Shown in pieces: positions 46,401 to 60,200 of a DNA stretch of 64,000 nucleotides. The position numbers and the translations under genes are program-made. The stretch comes from Eledone cirrhosa (taxonomy: Eukaryota). The stretch's first letter is position 1. Each line of letters starts with the position of its first letter. Under the pieces are notes generated by a model. That model was not told the DNA's origin, did not search any database, and worked only from the letters and a program-made list of their open reading frames with translations. The stretch lies in contig CAXHJY010000082.1 of assembly GCA_964016885.1 (NCBI GenBank), positions 146,783 through 210,782 on the forward strand, written 5' to 3'.

Positions 46401-49400
46401 TATGGTGATGATGACTATGGTGATGATGACTATGGTGATGATGACTATGGTGATGATGACTCTGACGATGATGACTATGGTGATGATGACTATGGTGATG
46501 ATGACTATGGTGATGATGACTATGGTGATGATGACTCTGACGATGATGACTATGGTGATGATGACTATGGTGATGATGACTATGGTGATGATGACTCTGG
46601 TGATGATGACTATAGTGATGATGACTCTGACGATGATGACTATGGTGATGATGACTATGGTGATGATGACTCTGGTGATGATGACTCTGGTGATGATGAC
46701 TCTGACGATGATGACTATGGTGATGATGACTATGGTGATGATGACTCTGACGATGATGACTATGGTGATGATGACTATGGTGATGATGACTCTGGTGATG
46801 ATGACTCTGGTGATGATGACTCTGGTGATGATGACTCTGACGATGATGACTATGGTGATGATGACTCTGACGATGATGACTATGGTGATGATGACTTTGA
46901 CGATGATGACTCTGGTGATGATGACTATGGTGATGATGACTATGGTGATGATGACTATGGTGATCATGACTATGGTGATGATGACTATGGTGATGATGAC
47001 TATGGTGATGATGACTATGGTGATGATGACTCTGGTGATGATGACTATGGTGATGATGACTATGGTGATGATGACTATGGTAATGATGACTATGGTGATG
47101 ATGACTATGGTGATGATGACTATGGTGATGATGACTATGGTGATGATGACTATTGTGATGATGACTCTGGTGATGATGACTATGGTTATGATGACTATGG
47201 TGATGATGACTCTGACGATGATGACTATGGTGATGATGACTATGGTGATGATGACTATGGTGATGATGACTATGGTGATGATGACTATTGTGATGATGAC
47301 TCTGGTGATGATGACTATGGTTATGATGACTATGGTGATGATGACTATGGTGATGATGACTATGGTGATGATGACTATGGTGATGATGACTATGGTGATG
47401 ATGACTATTGTGATGATGACTCTGGTGATGATGACTATGGTTATGATGACTATGGTGATGATGACTCTGACGATGATGACTATGGTGATGATGACTCTGG
47501 TGATGATGACTCTGACGATGATGACTATGGTGATGATGACTCTGACGATGATGACTATGGTGATGATGACTATGGTGATGATGACTATGGTGATGATGAC
47601 TATGGTGATGATGACTATGGTGATGATGACTCTGGTGATGATGACTATGGTGATGATGACTATGGTGATGATGACTATGGTGATGATGACTATGGTGATG
47701 ATGACTCTGGTGATGATGACTATGGTGATGATGACTCTGGTGATGATGACTATGGTGATGATGACGCTGACGATGATGACTCTGGTGATGATGACTATGG
47801 TGATGATGACTATGCTGATGATGACTATGGTGATGATGACTATGGTGATGATGACTCTGGTGATGATGACTATGGTGATGATGACTATGGTGATGATGAC
47901 TCTGGTGATGATGATTCTGACGATGATGACTATGGTGATGACGACTATGGTGATGATGACTATGGTGATGATGACTCTGGTGATGATGACTATGGTGATG
48001 AAGACTCTGGTGATGATGACTCTGGTGATGATGACTATGGTGATGATGACTATGGTGATGATGACTCTGGTGATGATGACTCTGGTGATGATGACTATGG
48101 TGATGATGACTATGGTGATGATGACTATGGTGATGATGACTATGGTGATGATGACTATGGTGATGATGACTCTGACGATGATGACTATGGTGATGATGAC
48201 TATGGTGATGATGACTATGGTGATGATGACTATGGTGATGATGACTCTGACGATGATGACTATGGTGATGATGACTATGGTGATGATGACTATGGTGATG
48301 ATGACTCTGGTGATGATGACTATAGTGATGATGACTCTGACGATGATGACTATGGTGATGATGACTATGGTGATGATGACTCTGGTGATGATGACTCTGG
48401 TGATGATGACTCTGACGATGATGACTATGGTGATGATGACTATGGTGATGATGACTCTGACGATGATGACTATGGTGATGATGACTATGGTGATGATGAC
48501 TCTGGTGATGATGACTCTGGTGATGATGACTCTGGTGATGATGACTCTGACGATGATGACTATGGTGATGATGACTCTGACGATGATGACTATGGTGATG
48601 ATGACTTTGACGATGATGACTCTGGTGATGATGACTATGGTGATGATGACTATGGTGATGATGACTATGGTGATCATGACTATGGTGATGATGACTATGG
48701 TGATGATGACTATGGTGATGATGACTATGGTGATGATGACTCTGGTGATGATGACTATGGTGATGATGACTATGGTGATGATGACTATGGTAATGATGAC
48801 TATGGTGATGATGACTATGGTGATGATGACTATGGTGATGATGACTATGGTGATGATGACTATTGTGATGATGACTCTGGTGATGATGACTATGGTTATG
48901 ATGACTATGGTGATGATGACTCTGACGATGATGACTATGGTGATGATGACTATGGTGATGATGACTATGGTGATGATGACTATGGTGATGATGACTATTG
49001 TGATGATGACTCTGGTGATGATGACTATGGTTATGATGACTATGGTGATGATGACTATGGTGATGATGACTATGGTGATGATGACTATGGTGATGATGAC
49101 TATGGTGATGATGACTATTGTGATGATGACTCTGGTGATGATGACTATGGTTATGATGACTATGGTGATGATGACTCTGACGATGATGACTATGGTGATG
49201 ATGACTCTGGTGATGATGACTCTGACGATGATGACTATGGTGATGATGACTCTGACGATGATGACTATGGTGATGATGACTATGGTGATGATGACTATGG
49301 TGATGATGACTATGGTGATGATGACTATGGTGATGATGACTCTGGTGATGATGACTATGGTGATGATGACTATGGTGATGATGACTATGGTGATGATGAC

Positions 49401-51256
49401 TATGGTGATGATGACTCTGGTGATGATGACTATGGTGATGATGACTCTGGTGATGATGACTATGGTGATGATGACGCTGACGATGATGACTCTGGTGATG
49501 ATGACTATGGTGATGATGACTATGCTGATGATGACTATGGTGATGATGACTATGGTGATGATGACTCTGGTGATGATGACTATGGTGATGATGACTATGG
49601 TGATGATGACTCTGGTGATGATGATTCTGACGATGATGACTATGGTGATGACGACTATGGTGATGATGACTATGGTGATGATGACTCTGGTGATGATGAC
49701 TATGGTGATGAAGACTCTGGTGATGATGACTCTGGTGATGATGACTATGGTGATGATGACTATGGTGATGATGACTATGGTGATGATGACTATGGTGATG
49801 ATGACTATGGTGATGATGACTCTGACGATGATGACTATGGTGATGATGACTATGGTGATCATGACTATGGTGATGATGACTATGGTGATGATGACTCTGA
49901 CGATGATGACTATGGTGATGATGACTATGGTGATGATGACTATGGTGATGATGACTCTGGTGATGATGACTATAGTGATGATGACTCTGACGATGATGAC
50001 TATGGTGATGATGACTATGGTGATGATGACTCTGGTGATGATGACTCTGGTGATGATGACTCTGACGATGATGACTATGGTGATGATGACTATGGTGATG
50101 ATGACTCTGACGATGATGACTATGGTGATGATGACTATGGTGATGATGACTATGGTGATGATGACTATGGTGATGATGACTATGGTGATGATGACTATGG
50201 TGATGATGACTCTGGTGATGATGACTATGGTGATGATGACTATGGTGATGATGACTCTGGTGATGATGACTCTGGTGATGATGACTCTGGTGATGATGAC
50301 TCTGACGATGATGACTATGGTGATGATGACTCTGACGATGATGACTATGGTGATGATGACTTTGACGATGATGACTCTGGTGATGATGACTATGGTGATG
50401 ATGACTATGGTGATGATGACTATGGTGATGATGACTATGGTGATGATGACTATGGTGATGATGACTATGGTGATGATGACTATGGTGATGATGACTCTGG
50501 TGATGATGACTATGGTGATGATGACTATGGTGATGATGACTATGGTAATGATGACTATGGTGATGATGACTATGGTGATGATGACTCTGGTAATGATGAC
50601 TATGGTGATGATGACTCTGGTGATGATGACTATGGTGATGATGACTCTGACGATGATGACTATGATGATGATGACTATGGTGATGATGACTATGGTGATG
50701 ATGACTATGGTGATGATGACTCTGGTGATGATGACTATGGTGATGATGACTATGGTGATGATGACTCTGGTGATGATGACTCTGGTGATGATGACTATGG
50801 TGATGATGACTATGGTGATGATGACTATGGTGATGATGACTATGGTGATGATGACTATGGTGATGATGACTATGGTGATGATGACTCTGACGATGATGAC
50901 TATGGTGATGATGACTATGGTGATGATGACTATGGTGATGATGACTATGGTGATGATGACTCTGGTGATGATGACTATGGTGATGATAACTATGGTGATG
51001 ATGACTATGGTGATGATGACTCTGACGATGATGACTATGGTGATGATGACTATGGTGATGATGACTCTGGTGATGATGACTCTGACGATGATGACTATGG
51101 TGATGATGACTCTGATGATGATGACTATGGTGATGATGACTATGGTGATGATGACTATGGTGATGATGACTATGGTGATGATAACTATGGTGATGATGAC
51201 TATGTTGATGATGACTCTGACGATGATGACTATGGTGATGATGACTATGGTGATGA
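43404..51256 (+). CDS. Asp-rich reading block 4, (GDDDY/S)n, about 2,600 codons; the 3' end falls in an indel-rich, probably error-prone region
   Basis: Part of track ORF 25587..51713. The Asp frame runs from GGT 43404 to the deletion at 51256/51257 (GGTGATGA|GGTGAT). Confidence 0.17.
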
Positions 51257-54200
51257 GGTGATGATGACTCTGACGATGATGACTATGGTGATGATGACTC
51301 TGGTGATGATGACTCTGACGATGATGACTATGGTGATGATGACTATGGTGATGATGACTATGGTGATGATGACTATGGTGATGATGACTATGGTGATGAT
51401 AACTATGGTGATGATGACTATGGTGATGATGACTCTGACGATGATGACTATGGTGATGATGACTATGGTGATGATGACTATGGTGATGATGACTATGGTG
51501 ATGATGACTATGGTGATGATGACTTTGACGATGATGACTATGGTGATGATAACTATGGTGATGATGACTATGGTGATGATGACTCTGACGATGATGACTA
51601 TGGTGATGATGACTCTGACGATGATGACTATGGTGATGATGATTATGGTGATGATGACTCTGACGATGATGACTATGGTGATGATGACTCTGGTGATGAT
51701 GACTATGGGATGATGTCTATGGTGATGATGACTATGTGATGATGACTATGGTGATGATGACTATGGTGATGATGACTCTGACGATGATGACTATGGTGAT
51801 GATGACTATGGTGATGATGACTATGGTGATGATGACTCTGGTGATGATGACTATAGTGATGATGACTCTGACGATGATGACTATGGTGATGATGACTATG
51901 GTGATGATGACTCTGGTGATGATGACTCTGGTGATGATGACTCTGACGATGATGACTATGGTGATGATGACTATGGTGATGATGACTCTGACGATGATGA
52001 CTATGGTGATGATGACTATGGTGATGATGACTATGGATGACTATGTGATGATGACTATGGTGATGATGACTCTGGTGATGATGACTATGGTGATGATGAC
52101 TATGGTGATGATGACTCTGGTGATGATGACTCTGGTGATGATTGACTCTGGTGATGATGACTCTGACGATGATGACTATGGTGATGATGACTCTGACGAT
52201 GATGACTATGGTGATGATGACTTTGTGATGATGACTCTGGTGATGATGACTATGGTGATGATGACTATGGTGATGATGACTATGGTGATGATGACTATGG
52301 TGATGATGACTATGGTGATGATGACTATGGTGATGATGACTATGGTGATGATGACTCTGGTGATGATGACTATGGTGATGATGACTATGGTGATGATGAC
52401 TATGGTAATGATGACTATGGTGATGATGACTATGGTGATGATGACTCTGGTGATGATGACTATGGTGATGATGACTATGGTGATGATGACTATGGTGATG
52501 ATGACTATGGTGATGATGACTCTGGTGATGATGACTATGGTGATGATGACTATGATGATGATGACTCTGGTGATGATGACTCTGGTGATGATGACTATGG
52601 TGATGATGACTATGGTGATGATGACTATGGTGATGATGACTATGGTGATGATGACTATGGTGATGATGACTATGGTGATGATGACTATTGTGATGATGAC
52701 TCTGGTGATGATGACTATGGTTATGATGACTATGGTGATGATGACTCTGATGATGACTATGGTGATGATGACTATGGTGATGATGACTATGGTGATGATG
52801 ACTATGGTGATGATGACTATTGTGATGATGACTCTGGTGATGATGACTATGGTTATGATGACTATGTGATGATGACTATGGTGATGATGACTATGGTGAT
52901 GATGACTATGGTGATGATGACTATGGTGATGATGACTATTGTGATGATGACTCTGGTGATGATGACTATGGTTATGATGACTATGGTGATGATGACTATG
53001 GTGATGATGACTATGGTGATGATGACTATGGTGATGATGACTATGGTGATGATGACTATGTGATGATGACTATGGTGATGATGACTCTGGTGATGATGAC
53101 TATGGTGATGATGACTATGGTGATGATGACTATGGTGATGATGACTATGGTGATGATGACTATGGTGATGATGACTCTGGTGATGATGACTATGGTGATG
53201 ATGACTCTGGTGATGATGACTATGGTGATGATGACTATGAGATGATGACTATGATGATGATGACTATGGTGATGATGACTATGGTGATGATGACTATGGT
53301 GATGATGACTCTGGTGATGATGACTATGGTGATGATGACTATGGTGATGATGACTCTGGTGATGATGACTCTGGTGATGATGACTATGGTGATGATGACT
53401 ATGGTGATGATGACTATGGTGATGATGACTATGGTGATGATGACTATGGTGATGATGACTATGTGATGATGACTCTGGTGATGATGACTATGGTATGATG
53501 ACTATGGTGATGATGACTCTGACGATGATGACTATGGTGATGATGACTATGGTGATGATGACTATGGTGATGATGACTATGTGATGATGACTATGTGATG
53601 ATGACTCTGGTGATGATGACTATGGTGATGATGACTATGGTGATGATGACTATTGTGATGATGACTATGGTGATGATGACTATGTGATGATGACTATTGT
53701 GATGATGACTCTGGTGATGATGACTATGGTTATGATGACTATGGTGATGATGACTCTGACGATGATGACTATGGTGATGATGACTCTGGTGATGATGACT
53801 CTGACGATGATGACTATGGTGATGATGACTCTGACGATGATGACTATGGTGATGATGACTATGGTGATGATGACTATGGTGATGATGACTATGGTGATGA
53901 TGACTATGGTGATGATGACTATGGTGATGATGACTATGGTGATGATGACTATGGTAATGATGACTCTGGTGATGATGACTATGGTGATGATGACTCTGGT
54001 GATGATGACTCTGGTGATGATGACAATGGTGATGATGACTCTGACGATGATGACTCTGGTGATGATGACTATGGTGATGATGACTATGCTGATGATGACT
54101 ATGGTGATGATGACTATGGTGATGATGACTCTGGTGATGATGACTATGGTGATGATGACTATGGTGATGATGACTCTGGTGATGATGATTCTGACGATGA

Positions 54201-57200
54201 TGAGTATGGTGATGACGACTATGGTGATGATGACTATGGTGATGATGACTCTGGTGATGATGACTATGGTGATGATGACTCTGGTGATGATGACTCTGGT
54301 GATGATGACTATGGTGATGATGACTATGCTGATGATGACTATGGTGATGATGACTATGGTGATGATGACTATGGTGATGATGACTTTGACGATGATGACT
54401 ATGGTGATGATGACTATGGTGATCATGACTATGGTGATGATGACTATAGTGATGATGACTCTGACGATGATGACTATGGTGATGATGACTATGGTGATGA
54501 TGACTATGGTGATGATGACTCTGGTGATGATGACTATAGTGATGATGACTCTGACGATGATGACTATGGTGATGATGACTATGGTGATGATGACTCTGGT
54601 GTTGATGACTCTGGTGATGATGACTCTGACGATGATGACTATGGTGATGATGACTATGGTGATGATGACTCTGACGATGATGACTATGGTGATGATGACT
54701 ATGGTGATGATGACTATGGTGATGATGACTATGGTGATGATGACTATGGTGATGATGACTCTGGTGATGATGACTATGGTGATGATGACTATGGTGATGA
54801 TGACTCTGGTGATGATGACTCTGGTGATGATGACTCTGGTGATGATGACTCTGGTGATGATGACTCTGACGATGATGACTATGGTGATGATGACTCTGAC
54901 GATGATGACTATGGTGATGATGACTTTGACGATGATGACTCTGGTGATGATGACTATGGTGATGATGACTATGGTGATGATGACTATGGTGATCATGACT
55001 ATGGTGATGATGACTATGGTGATGATGACTATGGTGATGATGACTATGGTGATGATAACTCTGGTGATGATAACTATGGTGATGATGACTATGGTGATGA
55101 TGACTATGGTAATGATGACTATGGTGATGATGACTATGGTGATGATGACTCTGGTGATGATGACTATGGTGATGATGACTCTGGTGATGATGACTATGGT
55201 GATGATGACTCTGACGATGATGACTATGATGATGATGACTATGGTGATGATGACTATGGTGATGATGACTATGGTGATGATGACTCTGGTGATGATGACT
55301 ATGGTGATGATGACTATGGTGATGATGACTCTGGTGATGATGACTCTGGTGATGATGACTATGGTGATGATGACTATGGTGATGATGACTATGGTGATGA
55401 TGACTATGGTGATGATGACTATGGTGATGATGACTATGGTGATGATGACTATGTTGATGATGACTCTGACGATGATGACTATGGTGATGATGACTATGGT
55501 GATGATGACTATGGTGATGATGACTATGGTGATGATGACTCTGGTGATGATGACTATGGTGATGATAACTATGGTGATGATGACTATGGTGATGATGACT
55601 CTGACGATGATGACTATGGTGATGATGACTATGGTGATGATGACTCTGGTGATGATGACTCTGACGATGATGACTATGGTGATGATGACTCTGATGATGA
55701 TGACTATGGTGATGATGACTATGGTGATGATGACTATGGTGATGATGACTATGGTGATGATAACTATGGTGATGATGACTATGGTGATGATGACTATGGT
55801 TATGATGACTCTGGTGATGATGACTATGGTGATGATGACTCTGGTGATGATGACTATGGTGATGATGACTATGGTGATGATGACTATGGTGATCATGACT
55901 ATGGTGATGATGACTATGGTGATGATGACTATGGTGATGATGACTATGGTGATGATGACTATGGTGATGATAACTCTGGTGATGATGACTATGGTGATGA
56001 TGACTATGGTGATGATGACTATGGTAATGATGACTATGGTGATGATGACTATGGTGATGATGACTCTGGTGATGATGACTATGGTGATGATGACTCTGGT
56101 GATGATGACTATGGTGATGATGACTCTGACGATGATGACTATGATGATGATGACTATGGTGATGATGACTATGGTGATGATGACTAGGGTGATGATGACT
56201 CTGGTGATGATGACTATGGTGATGATGACTATGGTGATGATGACTCTGGTGATGATGACTCTGGTGATGATGACTATGGTGATGATGACTATGGTGATGA
56301 TGACTATGGTGATGATGACTATGGTGATGATGACTATGGTGATGATGACTATGGTGATGATGACTATGTTGATGATGACTCTGACGATGATGACTATGTG
56401 ATGATGACTATGGTGATGATGACTATGGTGATGATGACTATGGTGATGATGACTCTGGTGATGATGACTATGGTGATGATAACTATGGTGATGATGACTA
56501 TGGTGATGATGACTCTGACGATGATGACTATGGTGATGATGACTATGGTGATGATGACTCTGGTGATGATGACTCTGACGATGATGACTATGGTGATGAT
56601 GACTCTGATGATGATGACTATGGTGATGATGACTATGGTGATGATGACTATGGTGATGATGACTATGGTGATGATAACTATGGTGATGATGACTATGTTG
56701 ATGATGACTCTGACGATGATGACTATGGTGATGATGACTATGGTGATGATGACTATGGTGATGATGACTGTGGTGATGATGACTCTGACGATGATGACTA
56801 TGGTGATGATGACTCTGGTGATGATGACTCTGACGATGATGACTATGGTGATGATGACTATGGTGATGATGACTATGGTGATGATGACTATGGTGATGAT
56901 GACTATGGTGATGATAACTATGGTGATGATGACTATGGTGATGATGACTCTGACGATGATGACTATGGTGATGATGACTATGGTGATGATGACTATGGTG
57001 ATGATGACTATGGTGATGATGACTCTGACGATGATGACTATGGTGATGATAACTATGGTGATGATGACTATGGTGATGATGACTCTGACGATGATGACTA
57101 TGGTGATGATGACTCTGACGATGATGACTATGGTGATGATGACTATGGTGATGATGACTCTGACGATGATGACTATGGTGATGATGACTCTGGTGATGAT

Positions 57201-60200
57201 GACTATGGGGATGATGACTATGGTGATGATGACTATAGTGATGATGACTCTGACGATGATGACTATGGTGATGATGACTATGGTGATGATGACTATGGTG
57301 ATGATGACTATGGTGATGATGACTCTGGTGATGATGACTCTGGTGATGATGACTATGGTGATGATGACTATGGTGATAATGACTATGGTGATGATGACTA
57401 TGGTGATGATGACTATGGTGATGATGACTCTGGTGATGATGACTATGGTGATGATGACTATGGTGATGATGACTATGGTGATGATGACTATGGTGATGAT
57501 GACTATGGTGATGATGACTATGGTGATGATGACTCTGGTGATGATGACTATGGTGATGATGACTATGGTGATGATGACTATGGTGATGATGACTCTGGTG
57601 ATGATGACTATGGTGATGATGACTCTGGTGATGATGACTATGGTGATGATGACTCTGACGATGATGACTATAGTGATGATGACTATGGTGATGATGACTA
57701 TGGTGATGATGACTATGGTGATGATGACTATGGTGATGATGACTTTGACGATGATGACTATGGTGATGATAACTATGGTGATGTTGACTATGGTGATGAT
57801 GACTCTGACGATGATGACTATGGTGATGATGACTCTGACGATGATGACTATGGTGATGATGACTATGGTGATGATGACTCTGACGATGATGACTATGGTG
57901 ATGATGACTATGGGGATGATGACTATGGTGATGATGACTATGGTGATGATGACTATGGTGATGATGACTATGGTGATGATGACTCTGACGATGATGACTA
58001 TGGTGATGATGACTATGGTGATGATGACTATGGTGATGATGACTCTGGTGATGATGACTATAGTGATGATGACTCTGACGATGATGACTATGGTGATGAT
58101 GACTATGGTGATGATGACTCTGGTGATGATGACTCTGGTGATGATGACTCTGACGATGATGACTATGGTGATGATGACTATGGTGATGATGACTCTGACG
58201 ATGATGACTATGGTGATGATGACTATGGTGATGATGACTATGGTGATGATGACTATGGTGATGATGACTATGGTGATGATGACTCTGGTGATGATGACTA
58301 TGGTGATGATGACTATGGTGATGATGACTCTGGTGATGATGACTCTGGTGATGATGACTCTGGTGATGATGACTCTGACGATGATGACTATGGTGATGAT
58401 GACTCTGACGATGATGACTATGGTGATGATGACTTTGACGATGATGACTCTGGTGATGATGACTATGGTGATGATGACTATGGTGATGATGACTATGGTG
58501 ATCATGACTATGGTGATGATGACTATGGTGATGATGACTATGGTGATGATGACTATGGTGATGATGACTCTGGTGATGATGACTATGGTGATGATGACTA
58601 TGGTGATGATGACTATGGTAATGATGACTATGGTGATGATGACTATGGTGATGATGACTCTGGTGATGATGACTATGGTGATGATGACTATGGTGATGAT
58701 GACTATGGTGATGATGACTATGGTGATGATGACTCTGGTGATGATGACTATGGTGATGATGACTATGGTGATGATGACTATGGTGATGATGACTATGGTG
58801 ATGATGACTATGGTGATGATGACTATGGTGATGATGACTATGGTGATGATGACTATTGTGATGATGACTCTGGTGATGATGACTATGGTTATGATGACTA
58901 TGGTGATGATGACTCTGACGATGATGACTATGGTGATGATGACTATGGTGATGATGACTATGGTGATGATGACTATGGTGATGATGACTATTGTGATGAT
59001 GACTCTGGTGATGATGACTATGGTTATGATGACTATGGTGATGATGACTATGGTGATGATGACTATGGTGATGATGACTATGGTGATGATGACTATGGTG
59101 ATGATGACTATTGTGATGATGACTCTGGTGATGATGACTATGGTTATGATGACTATGGTGATGATGACTATGGTGATGATGACTATGGTGATGATGACTA
59201 TGGTGATGATGACTATGGTGATGATGACTATTGTGATGATGACTATGGTGATGATGACTCTGGTGATGATGACTATGGTGATGATGACTATGGTGATGAT
59301 GACTATGGTAATGATGACTATGGTGATGATGACTATGGTGATGATGACTCTGGTGATGATGACTATGGTGATGATGACTCTGACGATGATGACTATGATG
59401 ATGATGACTATGGTGATGATGACTATGGTGATGATGACTATGGTGATGATGACTCTGGTGATGATGACTATGGTGATGATGACTATGGTGATGATGACTC
59501 TGGTGATGATGACTCTGGTGATGATGACTATGGTGATGATGACTATGGTGATGATGACAATGGTGATGATGACTATGGTGATGATGACTATGGTGATGAT
59601 GACTATGGTGATGATGACTATTGTGATGATGACTCTGGTGATGATGACTATGGTTATGATGACTATGGTGATGATGACTCTGACGATGATGACTATGGTG
59701 ATGATGACTATGGTGATGATGACTATGGTGATGATGACTATGGTGATGATGACTATTGTGATGATGACTCTGGTGATGATGACTATGGTTATGATGACTA
59801 TGGTGATGATGACTATGGTGATGATGACTATGGTGATGATGACTATGGTGATGATGACTATGGTGATGATGACTATTGTGATGATGACTCTGGTGATGAT
59901 GACTATGGTTATGATGACTATGGTGATGATGACTCTGACGATGATGACTATGGTGATGCTGACTCTGGTGATGATGACTCTGACGATGATGACTATGGTG
60001 ATGATGACTCTGACGATGATGACTATGGTGATGATGACTATGGTGATGATGACTATGGTGATGATGACTATGGTGATGATGACTATGGTGATGATGACTA
60101 TGGTGATGATGACTATGGTGATGATGACTATGGTGATGATGACTCTGGTGATGATGACTATGGTGATGATGACTCTGGTGATGATGACTCTGGTGATGAT

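Larger units (their letters stand above)
17600..50600. repeat. Higher-order repeat domain B (about 7.1 kb unit with internal 1.3 and 1.7 kb sub-repeats and partial re-duplications); boundaries approximate
   Basis: TCTCAC marker at 19498, 26561, 30986, 34601 and 44394. TTTGAC marker at 22150/23920, 40028/41723 and 46896/48606/50361. GAAGATAAC follows each 2-bp deletion. Confidence 0.88.
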
